Virus record (IMG/VR): IMGVR_UViG_3300029787_000017
Coordinates: 1 to 64,000 of that record
Source: an uncultured virus (IMG/VR IMGVR_UViG_3300029787_000017)
Taxonomy: Duplodnaviria > Heunggongvirae > Uroviricota > Caudoviricetes
Strand: one strand, 5' to 3'
DNA length: 64,000 nucleotides
Below the pieces are notes generated by a model. That model made no database searches. It saw only the letters and a list, made by a program, of their open reading frames with translations, and was not told the DNA's origin. The position numbers were made by a program, and so were the translations under genes. Each line of letters opens with the position of its first letter. Position 1 is the stretch's first letter. Shown here in pieces: positions 17,272 to 26,487 of the stretch.

Positions 17272-18029
17272 GGTAGCTCCACCTGAAGCTTCGCTTTCTC
17301 TAACCTGCCTGTGGAGGTGATGAGGAATTTAGGATTGGGAATATAAGTCTCAACGGTAATGTTGATTAGTTTTTGAATAACTCTGTCTTCTTTATCTCCT
17401 GCTGTTAAAGATCCATCATTATCTTCACTCTCTATATAAGCTTTCGTTATGGTTCCCTGAGATGTAGGAACTTCCATTGCAGGATTAAACTTCAACCTAA
17501 CTTGTTCTAGTATCTGGTCCATGTCTGCGTTGTACTTCGCCCAGATATTTAACCCGTACTTAATAGTAACAGGGCGAGGAGCTAAACTAACTATACGGAA
17601 TGCTCTGTTTTTGTCATTGTCCCACCCCTTTTCACTAACTATTAACGACTCGTATCTCCTTCTCTTCGTATCATTTTCACTAATAGTCTGCGAAATAGAT
17701 AGAATAGGTAATATGATATTGTTATCTTGCTTTAGTTTAGCGATGGCTCTTTCTGCATTCGCATGAATGCATAGTATATTTTTAAATTTATCTTCAGAAT
17801 CAATGTACCCTACATCGTTGAACGAAGCAATCATAGTTCTAAGTGTTTCCCTGTAGGTGTGAGATATATTGGACTCTGCGTTTGTTAACCTGAAAAGTTC
17901 TTTACGAACCCAAGCTTCTCTATCTCCCCACCTATAACTATGGCTTTGTAAAGAATCAAAAGTGCTTTCTGCAAAGGTACCTTCTGTTACATTTACCACC
18001 ATCGAAGAAGTATAATCAGGACTAGCCAT
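17268..18029 (-). CDS. Tail terminator / sheath stabiliser (T4 gp15-like)
   Basis: LPILSI, P.PV.I.Y.L.IW, DMDQILEQV..KFNP; follows gp14-like gene. Confidence 0.75.
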   Translation of the reverse strand: MASPDYTSSMVVNVTEGTFAESTFDSLQSHSYRWGDREAWVRKELFRLTNAESNISHTYRETLRTMIASFNDVGYIDSEDKFKNILCIHANAERAIAKLKQDNNIILPILSISQTISENDTKRRRYESLIVSEKGWDNDKNRAFRIVSLAPRPVTIKYGLNIWAKYNADMDQILEQVRLKFNPAMEVPTSQGTITKAYIESEDNDGSLTAGDKEDRVIQKLINITVETYIPNPKFLITSTGRLEKAKLQVELP

Positions 18030-18597
18030 TTAAAGGACCTCCTGCGTACCCACCTAAAGGATCACTTGTATCAAGCAGAGGCTCATCTTGAATCTCAGGA
18101 GCATCTCTGAGGAGTCTAGCAGAACAGACTAGGTGGTACACACCATAGACTTCAAAGCTGTCTTCGACAACCTCAAATATTTCATAACGCTGATCTTGGA
18201 ATGCAGGTTTAATGACATCTCCTGAAATAACGCTTCGCCCGATCTTGTTCTCTATATAACTTTTATTAAAAGTGAACACTTGATCGTTTACTAATTCAAT
18301 TCCGAACTGAGTTAAGTTCTCGCTCATGGCAATAGGCTCATAATAACCATGAACAACTAGAGCATTTTTAGCAATGGGTTTGTTTCTAGATTCCATGTAC
18401 ACAGGATCAAAATCTTCGCTCTGATTATACTTGTAGAAAAAAAACTTAGACCCAGCAAGACGAATCATTTCATCGTCAACTAAATTGAAAAGATTTAAAT
18501 CAGCATTATCCTGATCAAATAGACTAAGAAGACTATCCTCACCGTCAAGGTCAGGAAGGTCTGGGAGATTAGTCGTTACTTTCCAATTCTTTGCCAC
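18022..18597 (-). CDS. Neck/head-closure protein (T4 gp14-like)
   Basis: DEMIRLAG, DPVYMES, LTQFGIE, GDVI, YEIFEV. Confidence 0.8.
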   Translation of the reverse strand: MAKNWKVTTNLPDLPDLDGEDSLLSLFDQDNADLNLFNLVDDEMIRLAGSKFFFYKYNQSEDFDPVYMESRNKPIAKNALVVHGYYEPIAMSENLTQFGIELVNDQVFTFNKSYIENKIGRSVISGDVIKPAFQDQRYEIFEVVEDSFEVYGVYHLVCSARLLRDAPEIQDEPLLDTSDPLGGYAGGPLNG

Positions 18598-20060
18598 TAC
18601 TTAGACTGTTCTCTCTCTGCTCTATTCTTTTCATTGGCAGCCGCAACATGTGCTTTAAACTTGGCTCGCCTCTTGTTGTGCGCTGCTTCGCCTTTCTTCG
18701 CTGCTGCTGCCGCTTCTTCGGGAGTTCTCTTTGTTGGTGTTGATCTTGATAGCTTCATACCAGCAACATCTCTATGTCCTCTATGCGCCCTTCTTCCCTC
18801 TGCAAGTCCAAGACCTTCAGCCATTAAGCTACCCATTCTCTGGTACTCAGTCCAGTCCTTCATCGCTTTAGCTTTAGCTTTTGCTTTCGCAGCCTGAGTC
18901 TTCTTGGAAGCTCGGGTTCCTGCAATCTTTTTAGCTTTTTCTGAGTGAGGAGGGGCTCCTGCTCCATAACCTTTTTCAACATTCTCCATTAACTTATTAA
19001 CATATGCACTATTCATTTGTGTTTCATCCTCCATGGATTTTTTTCTTAAATGAGACGCAGCAGCTTTTGTACCTTTTTCTACTGCTGTGTCTCCATGTTT
19101 TCTGATAGCTGCTCCTGCTCTACCACGAGCCTTTGCAATCTTACCTGTTCTTTTAGTACCCCTTACTGCTTTGCCAGCCTTTGCTGCAAGTTGTGCAGAT
19201 CTAGTTGCTTGACCCGCTACAGGAACTAAAGCAGCCGCATCTCCTGCAAGCTCTTTATTAAGTTCCTTCTTTCTCTTTGGGTCCTTAGCTTTTGCTCTTT
19301 GAGCTAATGTAATCGTACCAGCAGCAGCGTCAGCAGCGGCACCTACACCAGGAGCCATACCAGCAACCCGCAAAGCATCTTTAGTCTTTTCAATACGCTT
19401 GCCTTCGGCTTGGATTTCTTGTTTTGCTTTAAGCTCTGCTCTACGCTTCTCTTCTGCTTTCTCTTTTGCGGACTTACCTACAACTTTTTTTGCTCCCATA
19501 CTACCTACTGCGGTAGCTGCACCAGCTACCATAGAACCTAAGAGTTCATCCATTCGGTAAGCTAAATTCTTATAGGCTAACAACTTATGATCTCTTATCC
19601 CTTTTCGTGTTCTACTACCAACTTTAGGAGGAACCATACCTTGTCTAGCCAATTTTTGTTTTTCTGATGCAGCAGTAGGTCTAAACTCCTCTGCTCCAGG
19701 ATTGAACTTCTTGATTTTTCCAAAGATTCTTTGACCATCCTCGAACTTCTTCTTTTGTTCAGGGGTCATTGCCTCATCCTTTCTTTTTTTATTCGCTGCC
19801 ATAAGAGCGGCAATTCTGGCCCTCTCTTTAGCGGCTGCTCCAATAGCACTAACCTTTTTCATAGCGTCACTCTCAGCCCCTCTAACACCTCCGCCCTTAG
19901 GCTTAATGTTTTCGTGCTGCTGGAAATCGTTATCCTCTAACTCTACACCTTTGATTGTACCTTTGTTTTTAGAGGCATAAAATACATTCTTTCCTTTCTT
20001 AGAGCCGTATTCTTTTTTCATATTCTTCAAAATCTCTTCTCCTTTTTTGCTTAGTGGCAT
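18597..20060 (-). CDS. Lys/Ala-rich basic protein with a PT-TG-like segment, probable internal head protein
   Basis: Very basic, low complexity; lies between neck genes; AGMAPGVGAAADAAAG...AAALVPVAG segment. Confidence 0.65.
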   Translation of the reverse strand: MPLSKKGEEILKNMKKEYGSKKGKNVFYASKNKGTIKGVELEDNDFQQHENIKPKGGGVRGAESDAMKKVSAIGAAAKERARIAALMAANKKRKDEAMTPEQKKKFEDGQRIFGKIKKFNPGAEEFRPTAASEKQKLARQGMVPPKVGSRTRKGIRDHKLLAYKNLAYRMDELLGSMVAGAATAVGSMGAKKVVGKSAKEKAEEKRRAELKAKQEIQAEGKRIEKTKDALRVAGMAPGVGAAADAAAGTITLAQRAKAKDPKRKKELNKELAGDAAALVPVAGQATRSAQLAAKAGKAVRGTKRTGKIAKARGRAGAAIRKHGDTAVEKGTKAAASHLRKKSMEDETQMNSAYVNKLMENVEKGYGAGAPPHSEKAKKIAGTRASKKTQAAKAKAKAKAMKDWTEYQRMGSLMAEGLGLAEGRRAHRGHRDVAGMKLSRSTPTKRTPEEAAAAAKKGEAAHNKRRAKFKAHVAAANEKNRAEREQSK

Positions 20061-20069
20061 AATTAATTC

Positions 20070-20954
20070 CTAGTATGTGCTGAATGCAGGTGGTTCCTCA
20101 ATCTCAGATAAAAGTTGTTCTTTTAATAATTTCTTTTCTTCGGTTGCAGCCTTCATCAGGTCTCCTCCATTCAGGACTGCTCCTCCTCCTGGCGAAGGAA
20201 GTGTTTTATATTTGCCTCGTATCTCACCTAGTATCTCTTTAGCACAAGCTAAAGCAAATCTTTGTATCCAATTTTTGTAGTAAGGATGCATGGTAGCGGA
20301 GTCTAATCCTCTATAAGAAAGGATTACTGTTTGTGTATTAAGCACGGGAGTGGGATAGAGAACCAATAGATTACCATTAATTATATCCCAAGATCCATCC
20401 TGGCTTAATACTTTCCTCATTGTTTCTAAGCTCTGCTGTAACAGATAAAAATCTGAGACAGAGAAATTACTGAATAAGAAGTTGTCTTGGAAGTACTTGA
20501 TGAAGAAATCAAACTCTAACGTACCTGCCATGTTTTGAATACTAAGCAAGCTCTTCTTGTACACACAGTAGTTTAAGTTGTTAGCGATATGTGTAGGTAA
20601 AATATAAGCATTCACTCCACCTGAGCACTGGAAAGTAGCCAGTTGATTGCACCAGAAAGGAGCATGATAATCTAAGTTGCTTACTGCTTCGTCTATAGCA
20701 GTCTTGATCTGAAAGTCTGTTAGCTCTACTCTAACTACTGGATGCCCTAGTCTACCTAGAATAAAACTTTTAATAGTTTCTTCGTAGGGATTAAATTCAA
20801 TGGGGTCACCTAGCTTTGCTACGTTCAGCTTACTGCCATCAATAGCGTCAGCCCATATATCTGTATCCCCAAGAAGCCTACCTCCGTAGGATCCAAAAGT
20901 ATCTCCAAATCCTAATAACTTAGGATCGACTCTAGGTGCGGCTGCTGCTGCCAT
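20070..20954 (-). CDS. Neck/head-tail adaptor protein (T4 gp13-like)
   Basis: RLGHPVVRVEL, WIQRFALACAKEILGEIRGKY, PGGGAVLNG. Confidence 0.9.
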   Translation of the reverse strand: MAAAAAPRVDPKLLGFGDTFGSYGGRLLGDTDIWADAIDGSKLNVAKLGDPIEFNPYEETIKSFILGRLGHPVVRVELTDFQIKTAIDEAVSNLDYHAPFWCNQLATFQCSGGVNAYILPTHIANNLNYCVYKKSLLSIQNMAGTLEFDFFIKYFQDNFLFSNFSVSDFYLLQQSLETMRKVLSQDGSWDIINGNLLVLYPTPVLNTQTVILSYRGLDSATMHPYYKNWIQRFALACAKEILGEIRGKYKTLPSPGGGAVLNGGDLMKAATEEKKLLKEQLLSEIEEPPAFSTY

Positions 20955-21159
20955 TTAATTCCTCAAATGTTGTGGTAGTAGTAAGCTTTGTTTTGGGCTT
21001 TTTCTTTTTTGTAATTTTAGAAGGGGGTGTGATTTCTTGTAAGAATCTTGAACTTACAAGAGAAACAGAAGTAAACTCTTCTCCTGGTCGGATTTCCACA
21101 ATCGCATCATCAATATGCAAAAGCATATTCCAGCGACATTTACTTCTGTATTTGTGCAT
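20932..21159 (-). CDS. Small hypothetical protein
   Basis: 75-aa ORF with GAGG SD between capsid and neck genes. Confidence 0.7.
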   Translation of the reverse strand: MHKYRSKCRWNMLLHIDDAIVEIRPGEEFTSVSLVSSRFLQEITPPSKITKKKKPKTKLTTTTTFEELNGSSSRT

Positions 21160-21185
21160 GAATAACCTCTAAAGTATATAGAGAA

Positions 21186-21223
21186 GGAAGGAGGGCCAGA
21201 GGTTAGATTCCTCTGACCCTCCT
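21186..21223 (-). terminator. Stem-loop after the major capsid gene (terminator/attenuator with weak U-tract)
   Basis: AGGAGGGTCAGAGG-7nt-CCTCTGGCCCTCCT on the minus strand, followed by TCCTTCTCT. Confidence 0.65.
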
Positions 21224-21245
21224 GTTAATTTTTACCTAAGCAGCC

Positions 21246-22937
21246 TTAGATGTAGCTAGGGACACTAGTGCCGTTGAAGGCAGTGTTCTTAGCGAAGGGG
21301 CTGTAGAGGAAGTTAGAGGTAGGTCCAACAATCCTGATAATTCGATAGTACCTGTTATAAGGCTCAATCGTGACCTTACCGTAACGAGTAAGGATTCCCT
21401 TCCTGGGCTGGAAGGTATCGGGATCAACAATTGTTGGCAACTGCTGGAGTGGGATGTATGGTGCATAAATTAGACCAGCATCCATGGCAGTGTCACCTTT
21501 GTAACCCATAAGAATTTCATCAGTGGGGTACATTGGGTCAACATAGAGATCATAACGACCCATAAACTTACCTTTGAAGGTGATGGCACTCTTGCTAATG
21601 TTGGTAGGACCATCATTAGGCATGATACCTCCTTCAAGCTTAGAAGCACTTTCAAGAAGTGAAGCAACTAGGGGTGAAGTAAGGATCCAATTACCTGGAC
21701 CACGCATCGTTGTCTTGTAGATGTCTTGCGAAGCAAGGTTGATCACAGCAAGAAGGTTTGCGTAGACCTCACCAACATGACGGGGGCTCATGGAGAGAGT
21801 CTCTTGAGCAAAATCAATAGTAAAGATATTGGAATCTTGCTTGAATGAGCCAAGCTCAGTAGAAGCACCAGTACCTTGTGCGCCATTGAAGTCGTAGGTA
21901 AACTGACGGGGAACAAACATTCCTGCTTCGTTCTCGTTTTGAATACCAGCGAAGGTCTCGTTATCAGTACCCATGTTAATGTAATCATTATCCATGCTCT
22001 GACCAACGGAAGCACCACCCTGAAGGGTGTTGTGGTAACCGTAAGCAATCATACGAAGATCTTCGATAAGTTCACGGTCAACTTCAAGAGCAAGCTCTTT
22101 AGAAAGAAGACCAGTAAGCTCGCGCTCAAGATCAAGGTTATGATATGCCTTAAGATCTTGAGAAGCCTCAAGAGTCCAAAGGGCTCTCATCTTACGAGTG
22201 TTAGCAACGACTGCTTCCTGCTCAATGTGGAAGGTCATCTCTGGAATACCAGTTCCAGTGAGACGCTCGCCAGCAGAAAGCTGATAACCATAAGTAGAAC
22301 TTAGGTTAGGGAATGCAGCAATTTGACCACCCATAGTACCTGAAGCGGCACCAACACCAGCAACCTGTCCACCAGTACCAGTTAATCCGTTAGGTTTGTT
22401 GAGACCACTAACGGTATCAAGGACGTTAGAAACGTCGAAGCCGTCATCAGCGTTATCACCGTCAAGACCACCTGTTGTACCTCGGAGTCCGTTGAGGCCG
22501 AAAGTACCATTACCAACGGTAGTGGTGTCTGGTGTGTTGTGTGAACCAATAGCTGAAGCTGTGAGACCTCTGTAAGTAAGGTTGAACTTACTGTACACAG
22601 TCTGGATTGTAGAGCCGTGTGCTCTGTCGTTACCAAGGTAGAATACCTGGCTTACTGGTCCTTGCATAGGCTGAACACCAACGAGGTTGTTGGCGATCAG
22701 ATTAGGGTAGACTCTCCGTACTAGAGGGAAAGCGAACTTCTGGAAAGTACCGAGTTGACCAGTAGTGGTCGTACCTGCGGTAACTGCTTCGTTCATCTTA
22801 TCCTCTACAATAGACTTAGCTTGGTTTTCAAGAAGCTGTGCTGTAACTCTACGGGTGTATTCTTCAGAAATACCCTCAAGTACAGGACTCCACTTGTCAA
22901 CTAGCTTTTCATCTGTTTGATGCATAACATCTAGCAT
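21246..22937 (-). CDS. Major capsid protein (T4 gp23-like)
   Basis: KWSPVLEG, LLENQ, PLVRRVYP.L, GVQPMQGP, EASQDLKAYH.LD.E.EL, YAPYIPL, FQPRKGILTRY. Confidence 0.97.
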   Translation of the reverse strand: MLDVMHQTDEKLVDKWSPVLEGISEEYTRRVTAQLLENQAKSIVEDKMNEAVTAGTTTTGQLGTFQKFAFPLVRRVYPNLIANNLVGVQPMQGPVSQVFYLGNDRAHGSTIQTVYSKFNLTYRGLTASAIGSHNTPDTTTVGNGTFGLNGLRGTTGGLDGDNADDGFDVSNVLDTVSGLNKPNGLTGTGGQVAGVGAASGTMGGQIAAFPNLSSTYGYQLSAGERLTGTGIPEMTFHIEQEAVVANTRKMRALWTLEASQDLKAYHNLDLERELTGLLSKELALEVDRELIEDLRMIAYGYHNTLQGGASVGQSMDNDYINMGTDNETFAGIQNENEAGMFVPRQFTYDFNGAQGTGASTELGSFKQDSNIFTIDFAQETLSMSPRHVGEVYANLLAVINLASQDIYKTTMRGPGNWILTSPLVASLLESASKLEGGIMPNDGPTNISKSAITFKGKFMGRYDLYVDPMYPTDEILMGYKGDTAMDAGLIYAPYIPLQQLPTIVDPDTFQPRKGILTRYGKVTIEPYNRYYRIIRIVGPTSNFLYSPFAKNTAFNGTSVPSYI

Positions 22938-22953
22938 AGTTTTAAATCCTTAT

Positions 22954-23595
22954 TTATTGTAGATTTGAGAAAGGCATGAATTTCATGACCTCATCTGTTA
23001 AGAACTCATTATCATGAGTTCTTTCTTCGTTAATTTCTTTCTCTGCGTTAGAAATAACAATAGCTTTTTCAGATGAGACGAATGCCTCTTCCTTGGAAGC
23101 CTCAAGATTAGCAACCTCTTCTTGAAGGTGCTTATTGCTCTCTTCGGTCTCATACAGTTGAGACTCCGTAAGAGATACTTTGTTACTGAGGACCTTTACG
23201 GTGCCCTCAAGTTTTTCATTCTCAACAACAACAGAGTTAATTTGATCAGAAAGAACATCAAATTCTTCCTGAAGCTCTGTGTATTGAGAAGTGATATCAT
23301 TAACGGCATTCTCCTCGTCAGCTTCAGATAGCTCCAAAGCCATTAGGGATCTAACTGACTCAAAGAGTCTAGCATTTCTAAAGACCTCGCTCTCCTCAGA
23401 TAACTCTGTGAGTGCTTGAGTCTTAAGATCCTCTACCTTAGTTCTGAGATATGCAGTCACCTTGGATTCCAAAATACGGACCTGGGACTGAACCTGCTCG
23501 TTAATAGTAGAGTCCACGAGTTGAAAAATTGATTCGACTGTGGACTCATCAAGACCTTCAGGGAGAAGGTCTGCGATCTGTTTTACGTTATTCAT
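22954..23595 (-). CDS. Prohead core scaffold protein (T4 gp22-like)
   Basis: Acidic coiled-coil protein between protease and capsid genes. Confidence 0.8.
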   Translation of the reverse strand: MNNVKQIADLLPEGLDESTVESIFQLVDSTINEQVQSQVRILESKVTAYLRTKVEDLKTQALTELSEESEVFRNARLFESVRSLMALELSEADEENAVNDITSQYTELQEEFDVLSDQINSVVVENEKLEGTVKVLSNKVSLTESQLYETEESNKHLQEEVANLEASKEEAFVSSEKAIVISNAEKEINEERTHDNEFLTDEVMKFMPFSNLQ

Positions 23596-23677
23596 GAATA
23601 AAATCTCCTATAGATTCATAACTATCTACGATACGGGCAGATACTTTATGATTTTTTTTTAAAAATGTAGTCGTTTC

Positions 23678-25120
23678 TTACTTATTAAAGGTTCTTCTTT
23701 TTGGCATCCTCTTCTTCTTTGGATTACCCTGGGTTTCAGAAGAAGAAGAAGAAGCGGCGTCATCTTGCTTAGATACGGACTTACCTTTTTGTTTGATAAC
23801 ACCCTTACCCCCACTACGAAGAGGTTTTCCTTTAGTTGTATTGGTATCTCTCACCCATTTACCTACCGCTTGACCTGCTTTACGCGAAAGTGAAGTTTTA
23901 TCAAATTCTCGCTGCTCTCCTTCTCGCCTTGAAACTCGTTTAGTCTTAGTGGCCTGCCTAATGCCTTCTCGGCTCTCCTTTCCTTTAGCCTGGACATCAG
24001 CCAACCTTTCGCTGCGCCTAGCTTTGCCTGCAATCTTAGCTCCTTCGGCTTCACCTTTAGCTTTAGCTACAGCCATCTTCTCTGTGTTTATACGCTCTGA
24101 ACGCTGTCTTAATGCGCGAGAAACAAAACCTTCTCTGTCTTTCTTTTCTTTATGAACAACAGTCTTATCACCGCCACCTTCAAGTTCAGCTAGGCCCTCA
24201 TTTGTACGAAGCATCTTAAAGTCTTGTGCATCAATTTTATTATTTTTGTTCTTATCTATATGTTTCTTTTGCTTAGGAGTTAGCTTCTTACCTAATCCTT
24301 CTGCAAGAGCATAGGCAATCCTATGCCAATGACCGTCAGCCTTAACAAGCTCCATAGCCTCGTTCTTAAGCATAGCTTTTAGCTGCTCGGGAGGTACTGC
24401 GACACCTAAAGCTTTATCAACTAGGTTATAATCAACGCCATTAGCCATCTCTTCACTAGATTGATCTAAACCTTTTACTACTTTCTTTTTCTTCTTAGTT
24501 TTAGCTTCATCAATCCAAGGGTTATAAGCTTCTCTCATCTTAGACTCAAGCATGGTAACAAAGTTGCTTTCTTTTTTAAGCTTACCTTGTGTTGTTTTTA
24601 CGAACTGAGACTCTCTAGACTCAGACAATCCAGGGAAAGCTCCTCTAGTGGATGGGTCGGCAACCAAATCAAATGTAACAAGATTAAAGTCTTCATTAAC
24701 AATCTTAGCTCCATCAGAGTTCTCAGAAAGAGTTCCCATTCCACGGGAAGAGATACCGATCTTAACGCCACCGTTTACTAAGGCTTGAGCAGTTAAGCCA
24801 GCAGGTGTCTTTAGGATTTCAGCCTCGCCAATCACTTCCTTGCCTTGCATGTGAAGCTTAGTAACTAAGTGAGAAGCATTAGATAGTTTAACAGTATCAT
24901 TCTGAGGGTGATCTAGCTCACCACAAAGCCTACGCTCCTCGATGAGAGGCTGCAACTTACTAATCTGTCCTTCTAGAACTTTACTAGGGTAGATTCTTCC
25001 GTTATTGTTAGCCTCTTCAGCCCTTTGAAAGGTTCCTCGAATCTTCATCTTACCGTTACTGGAACCCTCTTCAATTACTTGAAGGTTGTCCATAATAAAA
25101 ACGTCTTGTATTAATTGCAT
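23678..25120 (-). CDS. Prohead protease (T4 gp21-like) with a long basic C-terminal extension; start re-assigned to MQLIQD
   Basis: NNNGRIYP, GELDHP, ASH, TPAG, GISSRGMG, DLVADPS; AAGGAAAG upstream of ATG. Confidence 0.93.
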   Translation of the reverse strand: MQLIQDVFIMDNLQVIEEGSSNGKMKIRGTFQRAEEANNNGRIYPSKVLEGQISKLQPLIEERRLCGELDHPQNDTVKLSNASHLVTKLHMQGKEVIGEAEILKTPAGLTAQALVNGGVKIGISSRGMGTLSENSDGAKIVNEDFNLVTFDLVADPSTRGAFPGLSESRESQFVKTTQGKLKKESNFVTMLESKMREAYNPWIDEAKTKKKKKVVKGLDQSSEEMANGVDYNLVDKALGVAVPPEQLKAMLKNEAMELVKADGHWHRIAYALAEGLGKKLTPKQKKHIDKNKNNKIDAQDFKMLRTNEGLAELEGGGDKTVVHKEKKDREGFVSRALRQRSERINTEKMAVAKAKGEAEGAKIAGKARRSERLADVQAKGKESREGIRQATKTKRVSRREGEQREFDKTSLSRKAGQAVGKWVRDTNTTKGKPLRSGGKGVIKQKGKSVSKQDDAASSSSSETQGNPKKKRMPKRRTFNK

Positions 25121-25121
25121 A

Positions 25122-25556
25122 TTATTTCTTTCCTTTGTCGAGGACACCATCACTCCCACCGACACCTTTTGCTTTTCTGATGGATCTGCTTCCATAGCGT
25201 CTTGCTAATTCTTTTGAGCCCTTACCGTGCCTAAGCTCAGTTCGCGCTGCGTGTTTTTTAATACTATTCCAAGCTGAACTAGGCGTAGAGCTTCCAGGAG
25301 TAAACCCTTTTGCTATCTTACCTCTTCCGCTCTTCTTCCCCCACTTCCCTTTTGAGATGACGTATGTTCTACCAGCCCCTTTAGTTGAAAAAATCTCTCC
25401 CACCCTTCCTCCGCTCAAAGCATCCTTTATGGTGTTGTAAGTCTTAACACGACTCTTCTGAGATTTAGTTTTCTCTTTTGGCTCTTCAGCACCTTCATGC
25501 ACAAATTCCCCCTGCTTAAGCTGAGAGAGTTCGTGCAGTAAGCTACTAATCAACAT
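25122..25556 (-). CDS. Basic hypothetical head-region protein
   Basis: 144-aa Lys/Gly/Ser-rich ORF in the head operon. Confidence 0.7.
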   Translation of the reverse strand: MLISSLLHELSQLKQGEFVHEGAEEPKEKTKSQKSRVKTYNTIKDALSGGRVGEIFSTKGAGRTYVISKGKWGKKSGRGKIAKGFTPGSSTPSSAWNSIKKHAARTELRHGKGSKELARRYGSRSIRKAKGVGGSDGVLDKGKK

Positions 25557-25558
25557 TC

Positions 25559-26038
25559 TTACTTACTCATCCTAGCTCGTAAGGAGTCCTTAAGAACATC
25601 CTTGCGAGATTTCTTTTTAGGCTTTGGGTTTGAAGCGGCAGGTCCAGCAAAGTTTACACCAATAGAACCCGTTGTAGTCATTTCCGAAATCATAGACTTA
25701 ACTTCTTTTAAAAGAGATATGATAGACTCACCTTGGCTTTCTGTGAGAAGATTTGAAGACTCTACAGGCTCACCAGTTACAATGTTAGCTTCTGGCTCTG
25801 CGGCAGGAGGATCTAAATCAATTTGAGAAAGCTCATTAGAAACCCAAGGGTCTTCGGTTGACTCACCCAGGATAGATTTCATAAAACTATCAGGCACTTC
25901 TACCTGACGAATATCTTTCTGGTTTGCTTCAACTTTAGGTGTAGCTCTATCCATACGAGGAGAAACTTCTTTCCCCTCACGAATATTATCCATCTCTCCT
26001 GCGATTAAATTCGCAGCAAAATCACCGATACTCTCCAT
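25559..26038 (-). CDS. Hypothetical head-region protein (possible prohead core protein)
   Basis: Coupled ORF upstream of the protease; ILGE/LTE/ISE motifs. Confidence 0.7.
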   Translation of the reverse strand: MESIGDFAANLIAGEMDNIREGKEVSPRMDRATPKVEANQKDIRQVEVPDSFMKSILGESTEDPWVSNELSQIDLDPPAAEPEANIVTGEPVESSNLLTESQGESIISLLKEVKSMISEMTTTGSIGVNFAGPAASNPKPKKKSRKDVLKDSLRARMSK

Positions 26039-26397
26039 TACTCTTCTTCTTCAGTGGTTCCTACTAAGAGATCTTCAAGAGCCGAATCAATAACTGCGTC
26101 AACGTCTTCGTCACCTTCATTCATTTGAGAGAGGCGATCAACAAGACCTAAGACTACATCAAGGTGCTCAAGAAGAGATTCTTCTGAGATCTCCTCGCTA
26201 AGTTCAGAAGCGCAAAGGGGGCAAGCGTGTACTGCCTCTTCAAGCTCTTCGACCTCTTCTGTTTCTTCTACTTCAACAGCCTCTTCTTCGGTTTCAACAG
26301 CCTTCTCTTCGTTCATAACGGGTGTAATACCTGCTTTTCCCCATGCGGCTGATTCTAAGAGTTGGTTGCGAAGCTCGTCTGATAAATTTGTGTTCAT
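26038..26397 (-). CDS. Highly acidic protein with CxxC (possible prohead core protein)
   Basis: Glu-rich, CPLC; first gene of the head operon; AAGGA SD. Confidence 0.75.
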   Translation of the reverse strand: MNTNLSDELRNQLLESAAWGKAGITPVMNEEKAVETEEEAVEVEETEEVEELEEAVHACPLCASELSEEISEESLLEHLDVVLGLVDRLSQMNEGDEDVDAVIDSALEDLLVGTTEEEE

Positions 26398-26487
26398 AAC
26401 ATTATTCCTTATATATTGAGATTATTATTAATCTCTACCTTTATCTAGGGATCATGCAGAAACAAGACTCTTTTATTTTATTTTTTG

